Of a stretch of DNA of 64,000 bases, positions 41,501-53,010 are shown piece after piece. The DNA lies in contig MNCI01000286.1 of the NCBI GenBank assembly GCA_015680685.1, positions 220,659 to 284,658 of the forward strand. The letters are read 5' to 3'. A program made the position numbers and the translations under genes. Source of the DNA: Gnetum montanum (taxonomy: Eukaryota > Plantae > Gnetophyta). The notes under the pieces are model-generated. The model ran no database searches, had not been told where the DNA came from, and saw only the letters and a list, made by a program, of their open reading frames with translations. How positions within the stretch are numbered: position 1 is the first letter of the stretch; each line of letters opens with the position of its first letter.

Positions 41501-43047
41501 CCACCACTTCCAATGCCATCTAGTTTTGATTATTCTGTGGTCTAACCATTGATGGAGCTAGATGGAGTGCAGTGCTACAAATTTATCTAGAAGCCTAAGA
41601 ATTTGTTTTGGTATTCTTCCTTTCCTACACAAATGTAGGATAGGTTTCCAAATTTGATGTTACTGAAAACCTTCCTTCAGTGCCTCTGGTGGTGCTAATT
41701 AATCAAATCCACACATTGTACTTTAGATAGATAATGAACATAGGGATGCCTTTTCATGATCAATTGTTTTGTTCTTTTTTTTTATCTATAGATTAGGACT
41801 TGATTGAAAGTAGCTTTTAACTTCACCAAAGTTTCCTTTAGAAGTGACTTATAGGTCTTAATAGCCACTAGAGCTAGGGTAGTAAAATGATTGATGATTG
41901 TAGACTTACACTTGTTTGGTCTTTTGAAGTTACTAGTAATTTGAAGGGCACATATACAACTCATCTTCTTATTAATTTCAAGCAACCAAAAGGTCTCTAT
42001 CCAAGGATGGTAATGCTACTAATATGTGTGGGCCAAGAATACACACATATATATATATATATATGTATACATTTATTGCTCATATTACCACTATCTCAAC
42101 CTCTTTCTTTTCTTCTCCTTTCTTTTTTACTCTCTCTCTCTCTCTCTTATTATTATTATTGTTGTTGTTTTTTTAAAGCAGAGGATAATTACTTTTGAAA
42201 AAATTAATCCTTTGAAGATGCTCAAAGTGTTGGAGCACCACCTAGAGTCCTTGACATGCATCTAATGAATTAGACACCTCATCCATGAGCTCAATAACTT
42301 ATGGGATAGGCACAACATAGAAATCTAACACACATGCAAATTATTCCATAGAGTCTTATGGAATAGGTCCAATAGTAATACATAAAAGTAATAAAATCTC
42401 ATTAGTCATACCCTTGATGTCCCAATACCATTCCATACAAGTATGACCTCTTTGAGCAGGATGAAACCATTGCAAAGCTTCATACCACTATGTCAATCTA
42501 TCTAAATGAATTAAATTAATTATAATTTCTAAATTTAATAAATAATTTCATTAATTAGATGTCCTCATCAAGGTTCAATAAAATAAAATTTAAAAATTTA
42601 AGGAAATCAAAATGAGCTTTATTTATTATGTAAATACTTAACTTTGCATCTACCAAATGGTTTTGGGCTATGAAAACATGGTAGCACTCCGATAGAACCT
42701 TGTTGCATAGCGAAGTGATTACTCAAAAATGCTAAAGAAAATAAATTACATACTTACCCAAGGGAGGAGAAGAAGCTCTTACATAAATAAAATTGGAGAA
42801 ATAAAAGATCATTTTAAACTTTCCTCTTTGGATAATTATAGTTTTTAGGTTTTTAACAAAAGTGGTGAGGCAACATACTTAGTGAGATAGTACATCATGT
42901 GAGCTAGCGTACTTGGTAAGGTAGTGCATCAAGTGATGCATCACAACTTACTGAAATAGGTCCAAGATATAGGTTTAAGTGAACACAAATAAATCCATGT
43001 ATTCAGGTTTACATAGAAATACAAAATTGCTAGTGGATGCTTCATTA
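38507..43047 (-). mobile_element. Non-autonomous LTR element (4.5 kb) with 5-bp TSD gtggg
   Basis: TSD at 38502-38506 and 43048-43052; the host RT frame FRW/DDEMQRGF rejoins on removal. Direct repeats ~38830-39585 and ~42290-43035. PPT ccccatgact at ~39590. No recognisable gag/pol. Confidence 0.75.
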
Positions 43048-44344
43048 GTGGGATGATGAAATGCAAAGGGGTTTTAACTTTTTGGAGGAAAAGATTGTAA
43101 GAAAATGAGTGTTTTGTTTACACATTTCTACCATTTAATGGACCAGTGATGGTTATTGCAAAGAAAATTTGGTTCAAAATTCAATTCCAATATTCAAAAA
43201 CTTAAGAAAAAAGAGGTTATTCCTGGAGAGTTAACTTTGGTTACGGGTGTTCCAAACTTTGGAAAATGTGAATGAATTGATTTTCTTTTATGAAGTTTGA
43301 ATTAATGCTGGAAATTTGCTCTTAGTTCTATGAAAATAAGGTTTGTGATCATGCAAGGAAGTTGCTGGAGAAGTATGTTAAAAACCATTCTTTGATGCTG
43401 GGGTCAAAAGTTCTACACCTCAAATGAATTATGTTGAAAGTTTAAATTAGTTGCAGGGTTAAATGGGAAAGAAAATTCCATAACTTTTGAGTCTTCAAGC
43501 CATCCAAGATGTTTTCAGCACTCTCAGGAAACATCAAATAACATAGGATCTGTCGAGCTCATGTAAGACAATTTGTGGATTGCACAAGAAATTTTCATGC
43601 ATAGATAACCAAAAATGCACCATGCAGAAGCAAATGGCATAAGAAATTTACATGCATAGATAACTGGAAATGCATAATGGGAAAGCAAATGGAATTGACT
43701 TCCAGCCCTTGAATTAAACTCCACTTTGGATTGTTCGCTTTGCAATGATGGTGTATGCAACCTCTAAGTGTTTGTGAAAAGGACCAGAACTGCAATCCTA
43801 CTAGGGTGATTTGAAAAAAATGCATTACCGGATATGGCGACCACCTTGATCCGTTAACCCATCAAAATGGGTTAGTGGATATGGAGGCGACCTTAAAACA
43901 CGTGAACGCGTAACACATTCTACAGCTCAAACAGCGACTTTCATTTTTGCTACAATTTCATGACTGGATTAAGCCCGTATAGTCCAATTAGTTTCCTTCT
44001 TGAAGGATTGAAAAGAAAGTATCCGCTGTTCCCCCTCTGTATGCATACAAAGATGAACAGTACACCGCGTACTTCAATGTCGTGTAAGGCAGCAGAAACG
44101 GCAACAGCTTATTCGTGAAATAGCACGTACCACTGTTGAGGCGGCACCTGCTGATAGGGCTGTGCAAACTATAAGACTAGCCGACAAAGATTTTGGTCAA
44201 AGAAACCTGCCATATCAAAGGATACGGTTCCACTTTTGAAACTACAAAAGTTGGAGTAATACGTGGAAGCGAAAATCCAACTTTCCCCACAGTGATCCTG
44301 AATCTGGTCAATGGTTTTACGTTGATGTACCTGCCATGGCCCAG

Positions 44345-44988
44345 GACACTCTGAAGCCCGACTTTCTAGAGAACGTAACAATGAAAAAAGCATCCCTGCT
44401 GGAGGTATCAGCGTAGACAATTCTGTACATGCTGTGTGTTTTTTTGGGCTATGCAGCATTTGGAGAAGATGCACCATGAAATGGGTTAACAGGGTTTCGC
44501 TTCTATGAGTTTTTTTTTGGCTGGTGGATTTTGCCAATGCTTGCATTTTTGTTCATCTACTAGGAGCATACCAGGTGTTTGGTCAGCCAATATTTGCATA
44601 TGTGGAAACGTGGAGCATCAACAAGTGAGGACCCAGGCACACAAAGGTGATAAAGCAAGAATACCAGTTAGCAATGGTAGTGCGAAGGTCAGGGTGGCTC
44701 AGGTTCAACATATTCAAGTTATTCTGGAGAAGCCTCTATGTGGCTTCAACTGTGACACTGGCTATATTAATTTCCCTCTTCAATGATGTTCTGGGGATTC
44801 TGGGTGCCATCTTTTTCTGGCCTCTGGTGTTTCATCTGCCCTTGGAAATGCACGCAGTCAGGGCTGACGTCAAAAAATGAATCAAACAATGGTGGTTTCT
44901 GCAGAGTTTGAATGTTCTTACTTTGCTCGTCACTTTGGAAACCTCTGCAGCATGTATCCAGGAATCAATCAAAGACAGCAGATCTTAA
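44345..44988 (+). pseudogene. AAP: Last exon of an amino acid permease (AAP/AAAP family), pseudogenised
   Basis: After the cag acceptor: DTLK...MKKASL...LYMLCVFLGYAAFGEDAP*NGLTGFRFYE...WLVDFANACIFVHLLGAYQVFGQPIFAYVE...FKLFWRSLYV...FNDVLGILGAIFFWPL. About four premature stops and a frameshift in a T run near 44510-44518. No upstream AAP exons seen. Confidence 0.9.
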
Positions 44989-47900
44989 CATAGATCGTGC
45001 TACCGCTGAAACATGCGACACACGGAGTTTTGTTTTTCAACAAGCTTGAACTAAATTTCCTCTGCTTTTACCATTGGTTGCGGCTTCCCTGTTCTGAATT
45101 GTAATCGGTGGCAGCAGTGGTATTTTGTTGAATTGTAATCGGTGGCAGCAGTAATATGGTTCCATGAGTGTTTAGGATTNAATATGGTTCCATGAGTGTT
45201 TAGGATTAAAAAAAAAAAAAAACAAACACTTATTATTCAAGAAGAAAAGGAATTCATAGGATAGTTATTTAATGTCCTATGAACATGACACTTATAGCTA
45301 TAGCTTGTATTTTTATAGTAATAGTAACTTTTCATAGAAGTTATAATTTTCTATGGTAGTTATAACTAAATCCCTTTAATGTTTATAATCAACCTTAATT
45401 TCTCATGATATAACTACCAAATAGGACACTTGGCGCCTATACCTAATCTCTATGGTAGTTATCACTAACTCCCATAGTGGTTGTAATTAACCTTAATCTC
45501 CCATGATGATTATAACTACCTAGAAGCTATTATAAAAAGAGCTTCAAGGGTAGAAGGAAGAAACTTGGAAGAATTATTAAAGATTACTTATAAGAATGGC
45601 TTGTTAATTGCATCATCGATTTAGCTGCTTTGTTTAAATCCTGTGTGTTCTTTTCTTCTAATTTTGTCTTAGTTGCTTAGTTAATAGTTTAGATAATACT
45701 ATCCTTAGCATTTAATTTTGGGATTTTCTTATTGCTCTTATGGCTCTATTTTTGTGCAATTCTAGACTTCTATTTGATTGCTATATAAGAGCTTACATTG
45801 TCTTTTTAAAAGCATTTTGAGCAATTTAATAGTAGTGTCTTTATGAAATTACTGGTTTGAGTCTAGATGGTCTAGAAAATCTTTGATATTTTGAGTTGAC
45901 TTGAAATAGCTTCAATTTTAAAGTTTTTCTTTGATATTTTAATCTTGAAATATTTAAATCTTTTTTGAATTGTTTGCAATTTTTGACAACTATTAACTAG
46001 CCAAATAATAGCTTGTATTTTGTCGTTTATGAAGCATTTTGGTAGTTTAATTAGAGTTTTACGAAATTGCTTGTTGAGCTTAGATTGTTTGTATAATTTG
46101 TAATACTTTAGTTCAAATTGGAATAGCTTTATTTCAAAGTGTTTCCTCATGTTAAGTTTATCTTGCTTAAATGTTTGAGATTCCACACAAATCTTCTTTT
46201 TCTCTTCTTTTCTTTTAAAATCCACTGAATCTCGCTCTATTTCTAACTTTCTTGTGGATCTTTCTCTTTGAGAAAAGCTAGGAATAGATTTCTATAGAAC
46301 TATGCTTAAACATTTTGGTGAAATTTTATTTGTTTCAAGAAATGTACTATAGGGATTATGTAGATTAAGTGACTTGACAAAATAGAAATTTTTAATAGCT
46401 TACAGTATTCAACAAGGTTAGTTAAATTTCTATTATAATAGCTAGTTACAATTTCATATACAAACTCAAGCATTTCAACATTCATAATAGCAAACACACA
46501 GTTACACTTAGTTCACTCTATTACCACTGAGTTTATTTGAAGGCATTTGGGCCTTGGTGTTTCTAGAGACCAGTCACAAGACTGAAGGAAAATGTTGGTG
46601 GTCCCAAACGATCACCAACATGTTTGAATTCTCAAAATTTCAAAAGATTTTTAAGTGGTCGTGAATGTAAGAAGACTTGCAATTGATGTGGTTTTATTCC
46701 AAAGAAGTGGACCTACTGTCTTCTTTTCTGAAAAGCTTGATGAACAAAGATAATAATATAGTGTTTATGAGATGAAATTGTATGCAATTCTCCATGCCAT
46801 CAAACATTAGAGATACTATTTATTGCTCAAATAATTTAAATGAATGATTGATCTCAAAGCACTACAATTTCTCAATTTCTAAAATAAGTTGAGTGTTAAA
46901 CACATGAAATGAATGGTATAATTTTAAGAATTCAATTTCATATTGAAACATAGAAATGAGAAGAGAAATGCGGTGTTTGAAGCATTATCTAGAATGAATG
47001 TATGAACTTCATTCTATCATAAGTGAAAGGTATGGATGATTTTTCTTACTTGTACATTAGTAATGATGATTTTGGAAAGTTTTGTAAAGATTTGAGAGAC
47101 CCTTTGATTGGGAGAGCTAATCAATGGAGGAATTACCAAATGCAAAATGATATTCTCTTCAAGAATGGAAAAGCGTATATTTACAATTGCAATTTTAGGC
47201 ACAAGATTATTTTAGAAAAGAATTATGGAGGTATGAAAAACTTCATTAATGTTGATTCCAAGCTTAGACATGAAAGGAGCATTAGCATCCAACTATAAAA
47301 CCATGCCGAATCTTAGAGTTTAATGGTAAAGAAAGAAAAAAGAAAACTCATGTAGCTAACCTCATTTTATTGGAACAAGGCTAAGATGATGATGAAAATG
47401 ATTAGTGAGAAAATCCTTGAGCTCATGGGAAGGAGCTACTATTGGCTAGGTATATTTATCGAAATTTCAAAATTTATGAATGAATGATTGACATGTTAGA
47501 AATTCAAGGGTAAAAAGGGAAATACATGAACATTTTTTATATTTTCCTATTCCTAAGTCATCATGGAAGTGTGTCAATGGATTTTATTGAAGCAATTTTT
47601 AAAAATAAAAATGGAAATGATTCAATGTTGGTTGTGATGGGTAGATTAACCAGGATAACATACTTTTTTCCATGCAAGAAGGTAAGTAATGCATCTCATA
47701 TGGTATTTTTTTCTCTAGCATGTTTTGAAATTGCATGGAATTCCATTGAGCATTTGTGAGTGATGAGAATTAAAAATATACCAATCATTTTTGGATATCA
47801 TTGTGAAGGATTTGGAAACCAAATGAAATTTTACAAGTGGCTACCATTCTTAATCTAATGGGTAAACTAAAATGGTGAATAAATTATTATTGAAAATCTT

Positions 47901-48299
47901 AAGATATTTAGGGGGGGGGGGGGGGGGGGGNNNNNNNNNNNNNNNNNNNNNNNNNNNNNNNNNNNNNNNNNNNNNNNNNNNNNNNNNNNNNNNNNNNNNN
48001 NNNNNNNNNNNNNNNNNNNNNNNNNNNNNNNNNNNNNNNNNNNNNNNNNNNNNNNNNNNNNNNNNNNNNNNNNNNGTTGGACCCCAAAAAGAGAATTTTA
48101 TTAATTAAATGAGATTAAGTACATGATCAACATCTGAACATATTGATGGTTAAATAGGGAGAAGAACAATGTCAAATGCAGATGTTGAAGGAAAACATCT
48201 TGATACATAATCCTTCATAGGGTGTGGGAGTACATTCCAAAGAGCAACCTCATGCTAGGAATTAATAAGAAATGTGAGTTAATAAGACCATGGGAACAA

Positions 48300-51200
48300 C
48301 AAAGAGCTAAAAATGCTCAAAATTATGATGAGACACTCCGATGTAGCAGATTGAGATGAGGAAAAGAGTGCATGAATTGGTGTATTTGCTCCAAGGCTGC
48401 AAATAATAAATCAACTGATTAGTATCCAAATTTAACTTAGAAGTGTGAGATATAACTTGGAAATGCACAAGGAAAAGAATTTGAAATTTTTCCATAATAG
48501 TTAAATGGTTAGAGTTAGACGGATTAGTGTTCTGGAAAAGAGTAGTGCATCTGTGTTTCCATATATAGTAAAGAACGAGGGGCCTAATAACTTCCCAAAG
48601 AAACTGAAGGTCAGCAAAGGGGATGGCTAGAAAGCTGAACAAGATATCCTCATGGGAAAACTTGCACAAAGGGAAAACTTTAGAAACCCACTCCCATGAA
48701 GAGTGAGCAAAGGGGAAATGCCAAAAAATGTGGAAAAAATCATCAAGACCTCCATAGAGAGGAAAATTAGGATTTGGAATCCCAAGGTATTCACGACGTT
48801 TGCCGATAGGTAGGCCTTGATGAAGGAGGCACCAAAGAAAATGTTTAATTTTTGGAAGAGTTGAAAGGCTCCAAACTCGTGAGAAGAGGGGGAGCCAAAA
48901 CTGTTTAGACTCTTCTTTGTGGAGTCATGCAACAACTGAAAGGGCACATGTGGTTTATAGGGTAGAAGGCTTGGTCCATTAATCCACTGAAGACCATGGA
49001 AGAGACTAGGAACCGAAGCATTCAAATGCAAGTACTAATGAATGAAGTGATAAAGTCTGTTAAGGTAGTGGTGCATAGTTCTGGAAGCCCCATATAAGTT
49101 TTCGAACATATCCCAAGTAATCCACTAATCGGTGAGACGAAGACATCTAAGGGAAACAACTCCTTTTTGAAACCAAATAGTGGCTATCCTAGCATTTGAG
49201 GTGGTTAGAGGAGCAGGTGATAGGGGCAACCGCCAAGGGAAAATCTTAGAAAGGAGAGTAGGATTGATATGAACATTATTCCAATTCACATGAGAATGTA
49301 ATACCTACCAAGCCTTCCAAATGCTTTTGAAAACATGTGTTCCAGGAATGATAATATCATGAGGAGAAAGGATCTAATTAACAGGGTGGATACCCTTCCA
49401 AATGGACTTATTCTTAGGGAATGCTTGTCGAAGCCTTAACTAAAGAAGATTCCCAATAATATTGGGGGCATCCAGGTGCTGAACCGACCACTTAGTAACA
49501 AGGGTGAGACCTTGCTTAAAGGAGTTCAACAGGCCCAATCCACCTTTGTTCTTAGGAAGAGTTACTATATTCTAGGCAACACGATGAAAGCCTTTTTGGG
49601 AGTCTTTAGATGACCACATGAAGTCTCAAAATAATCGTTCAAGNAGATTTATGCCAATTTATAATAGATCCAGAGAGGGAGCAATATTGCTCCACTCAAG
49701 ACAAGAGACACTGCACATTAACAACATTGCTTTGAATAAGGAAAAAGGAGTCATCACCGAAATGCATATTGAGGAGTTGATGTTGAGGAGAAGATAGATG
49801 AACCCTAGATAAAACATTATTTTGAATATCCAAGTTGATTTGATGACAGAGAAAATCAATAGCAATGATGAAGAGGAAGGAGCAAGAGGGCAGCCTTGCC
49901 TAACATACCTATGAATAGGAAAGGGAGAAGTGATGCCGAAGGTAGTCACGATTCATACAGTAGCATCTGAGAATAAGAATTCTACCATATGAATGAACTT
50001 AGGGCCAAAACCCAATTTAGTCATGGTTTGGATAATGAAGTCCCACTTAATATTATCATAGGCTTTAGTGTAGTCAAGCTTCATCAGGAGGATATCCTGA
50101 CCCTCGTCCTCAGCCCACTTAAGACCTTCCCAAGTAGCCACCATGTTATTTAATATGTATCTTATTGGGACAAAGCTAGTCTACTGGGGGGAAATAATAA
50201 GAGCAAGGATTTTCTTTTATCGCAAAGCCAAAAATTTAGCCCAAATTTTGTAAACCACATTAAGTAAGGTGATAGGTCGCCAATTGGAGATACAAGTAGG
50301 ATCTCCCAATTTAGGGAGAAGATGAATAATCCCTTGGTTTAATATTGGTCCCAAAGGACCAGTAAGTGTAGCCTCTTTGATAACATGGAAGAGGTCAAAA
50401 CCTACCAAATCCCAATGCTTTTGGAAAAATTCGACTGGAAAACCATCGTAACCAGGGGCTTTCCCGGGGCTTAGGTTAAAGCAAGCCTATCAAAGATCAG
50501 CTGGAGTAATATCGGCTTCTAAAATTATTAGCATAGAAGAATTAACTAGTCTAGGATAATTTAGAGTGGTGGCCGCGAAGGATTCGGGATCCATAGGAGT
50601 AGTCATGAATAAGGCCTCAAAGTGTTCCTTAAGATAATAGAGAAGACTATTTTGGTCAATGATAATGGATCCATTTATGGAGAGTTTATCTAAAGAGGGT
50701 GAAGTGGAGGACCAGTTAAGGTACCTAAAGAATTCCTTACAGTGCTCATCTTGAATGTTTAGCCAAGTGATTTGGCTTTTAATCAAGGCACCTAATGCCT
50801 TATATACTTCCCAATGTTGAAAGGCTATACAGGCTCTGGCAAGCTCCCCTTGTAGGTAACTATTGAAGGGATCATCAGTTAGTTTGGTTGTAAGGTGCTC
50901 AATGGTAGAGCATATGTTGGTGTACTCTTGCCAAGAACGAGAGGCAACTTCCTTACCAAAATGACGGGCAAGATTCCTAACTCTACTAGTAGTCCGAAGC
51001 CACCAGTGGATCCAACCCTTTAGACCTAAGTGTCTAGGTTCAACATTCCAAAGGCTAGAAAGAAGTTGTTGGGTGGGAGGAGAAGAGAAACATTGACTAT
51101 GTAGCCTAAAGAGATGATAATTCCATCGTTGGTGGTCATTATAGATCTGCATAGATAAAGTAATGGGGAAATGATATGATAAGGTTACGTGTTGGTGGAC

Positions 51201-51878
51201 TTTAGTAGTAGAAAGGGTCTGCCAAAAAGAAAGAGTGGAAAAAAAATATCTATCTAACCAACTATAAATGTGAGCCTGTCCCTTACGAAGATTGTTCCAA
51301 GTGAAGTTGTTTAGAGAGTGATGAGACGCGGTTTACACTAGGCCGCGATATCGCGTACGNCATTTCTTAAAATTTGACCAGGCTTGATATTCTTGATGAG
51401 GAAGTTGAGAGAAAACATCCCCAAGCTTATCATGAGAGAATTACATCATGTTAAAATCACTACCAAAAATCCAAGGAATAGAAGGGAGGCTATGAGTGAG
51501 TTCATGCCACAATTGGGCCCGTTTGGTAGAGTCATTGGGAGCATAAATAGAACAAACTCTGAAGGGACCATGTGAGGAGGAGAAAACAGCCTAGGCCACT
51601 CTATGACCTGAATCAGACCCATGCCGTAGGAGTTTGTCTTTCCAATAGGCTGGAAAAAGAATGGTTGCTCCACCTTTGCCACACTCATGAGAAGTAGTGA
51701 GAATAAAAGAATGGGGGAGAAACCAATGGGCTAAAAGAGATAATTGGTTGGATGAGATCTTGATTTCTTGAAGAAGGAGGAAATCCAAAGTGAGATTTAG
51801 ATTAGAGAGGAAGTTGTTGGCTCATTTGCAACGAAGCCTATCAGTTAGGCCTCGAACATTCCAAGATAGGAGGTTCAT
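48300..51878 (-). pseudogene. LINE ORF2 (APE endonuclease + reverse transcriptase), disrupted
   Basis: Starts MNLLSWNVRGL, then DFLLLQEIK, KAPGYDG, NWRPITLLNVVYKI, KLDYTKAYD and VRQGCPLAP. Stops and frameshifts throughout. Confidence 0.9.
51319..51359 (+). mobile_element. First 41 bp of an Athila-like LTR inserted in the LINE, cut off at a 1-N gap
   Basis: tgatgagacgcgg...gcgatatcgcgtacg matches the LTR start at 1548; N at 51360. Confidence 0.7.
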
Positions 51879-53010
51879 GGCAAAGCTCTAGATGTTATGA
51901 GTGATAGGGCAGTAGAAGGATCTGGGTTAGGAATGTAGTCATCATAGTAGTGGAAAGAATTGCAAAGGAGTTGCTTGTATTAACAGTTAAAGCTAGGTTA
52001 GTTTTGGGCAAAGGAGAGGAAGGGGGAATAGTGGTTTTAGATGCTTTGGCCCTTTTCTTTCCCCCTACCATTACAAACTCATCACATAAAAGTGAATCTT
52101 TGACTAAGTGTGATTGGATGATTGGTGCCTTGGACCTAGCCTTAATGAGAGAATGGGATTGGAAGACTCTTGCCTTAGAGGGAGCAGATGAGGAAGAAAG
52201 GTGTGGAGCATTGTTAGAAGTAGAACCAAACTTAATGGGATCAAGTGATGGGTTAGGTTGAGGAGTGACTATAGGATTGGATTTGGGAGGATTTGTTTGG
52301 GATTTTTTCTTAGCTAGAAAGGGACAGGTAGAAATGTGATGCTCTGCACGATGGCAATAGCTACAAGAGTTGGGAAGATAAAATTAGTCTACCTTTTGAG
52401 TAAAAAATTTTCCCCAACTCCTAAGGTTAAAGTGGTTTTCTTTTGGGAAATTTCAAGTTCGATACAGTAGCGACAAAACTGAGCCCCGTTAACCTCGATT
52501 CCATGGTCGGAGATGACTTGACCCAAGGTGCTAACTATGTCTCACTCAAAAGATGAAAAGATTAAAGGAAGATTAGGAAGATCTACATAACAAGGGATAA
52601 TATTAAAGGCTGGGTCCTTGACATTGAAATCAAATTTCCAAGCCCAAGTGATAAGTGTAGCATTACGAGCAGGAAAAATCCGAAGAGAGAGAGATTTCTC
52701 AATGTGAGAAGCCTTAGAAAGTTCAACAAGGACAAAATTACGAGCATAGTAGCGAGTGTGTAAGACCTGTATCCTGTGGGTTTGTAAAATATTTTTAATA
52801 TGAAAATTGATGCTTAATGATCAAGGTAGAAAACCCACTATTTGAAAAAAAAATAAAGCATGCAGAAAAATCTTGAGAAACAGATTCAAAGATGTCATCA
52901 GGTAAAAGAAAATCCAAAGATTCTGAGTTGGGAGAACTTCCTTGAAGTGAAGAAGTAGAAGCGGCTAAGGATTTGTCCATACCCTTGCATGAAGGAAGCT
53001 CCACGTCCAT
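51875..53010 (-). pseudogene. LINE ORF1 (DUF4283-like + CCHC knuckle), disrupted
   Basis: TWAWKFDFNVKDPAFNIIPCYVDLPNLPLIF and LPNSCSYCHRAEHHISTCPF. Start codon inferred. Confidence 0.8.

Noticed and set aside
42040-42170. (TA)n, (CT)n and (TTA)n microsatellites and overlapping hydrophobic ORFs
   Set aside because: Ordinary simple repeats; the ORFs are compositional artefacts.
45153-45207. 27-bp direct repeat flanking a single N
   Set aside because: Typical unmerged contig overlap at a scaffold join.
45273-45436. Mini-LTR (tgtcctat...ataggaca) followed by PBS-like tggcgcc
   Set aside because: No second LTR copy found; it lies within degenerate ttataacta repeats and may be chance.
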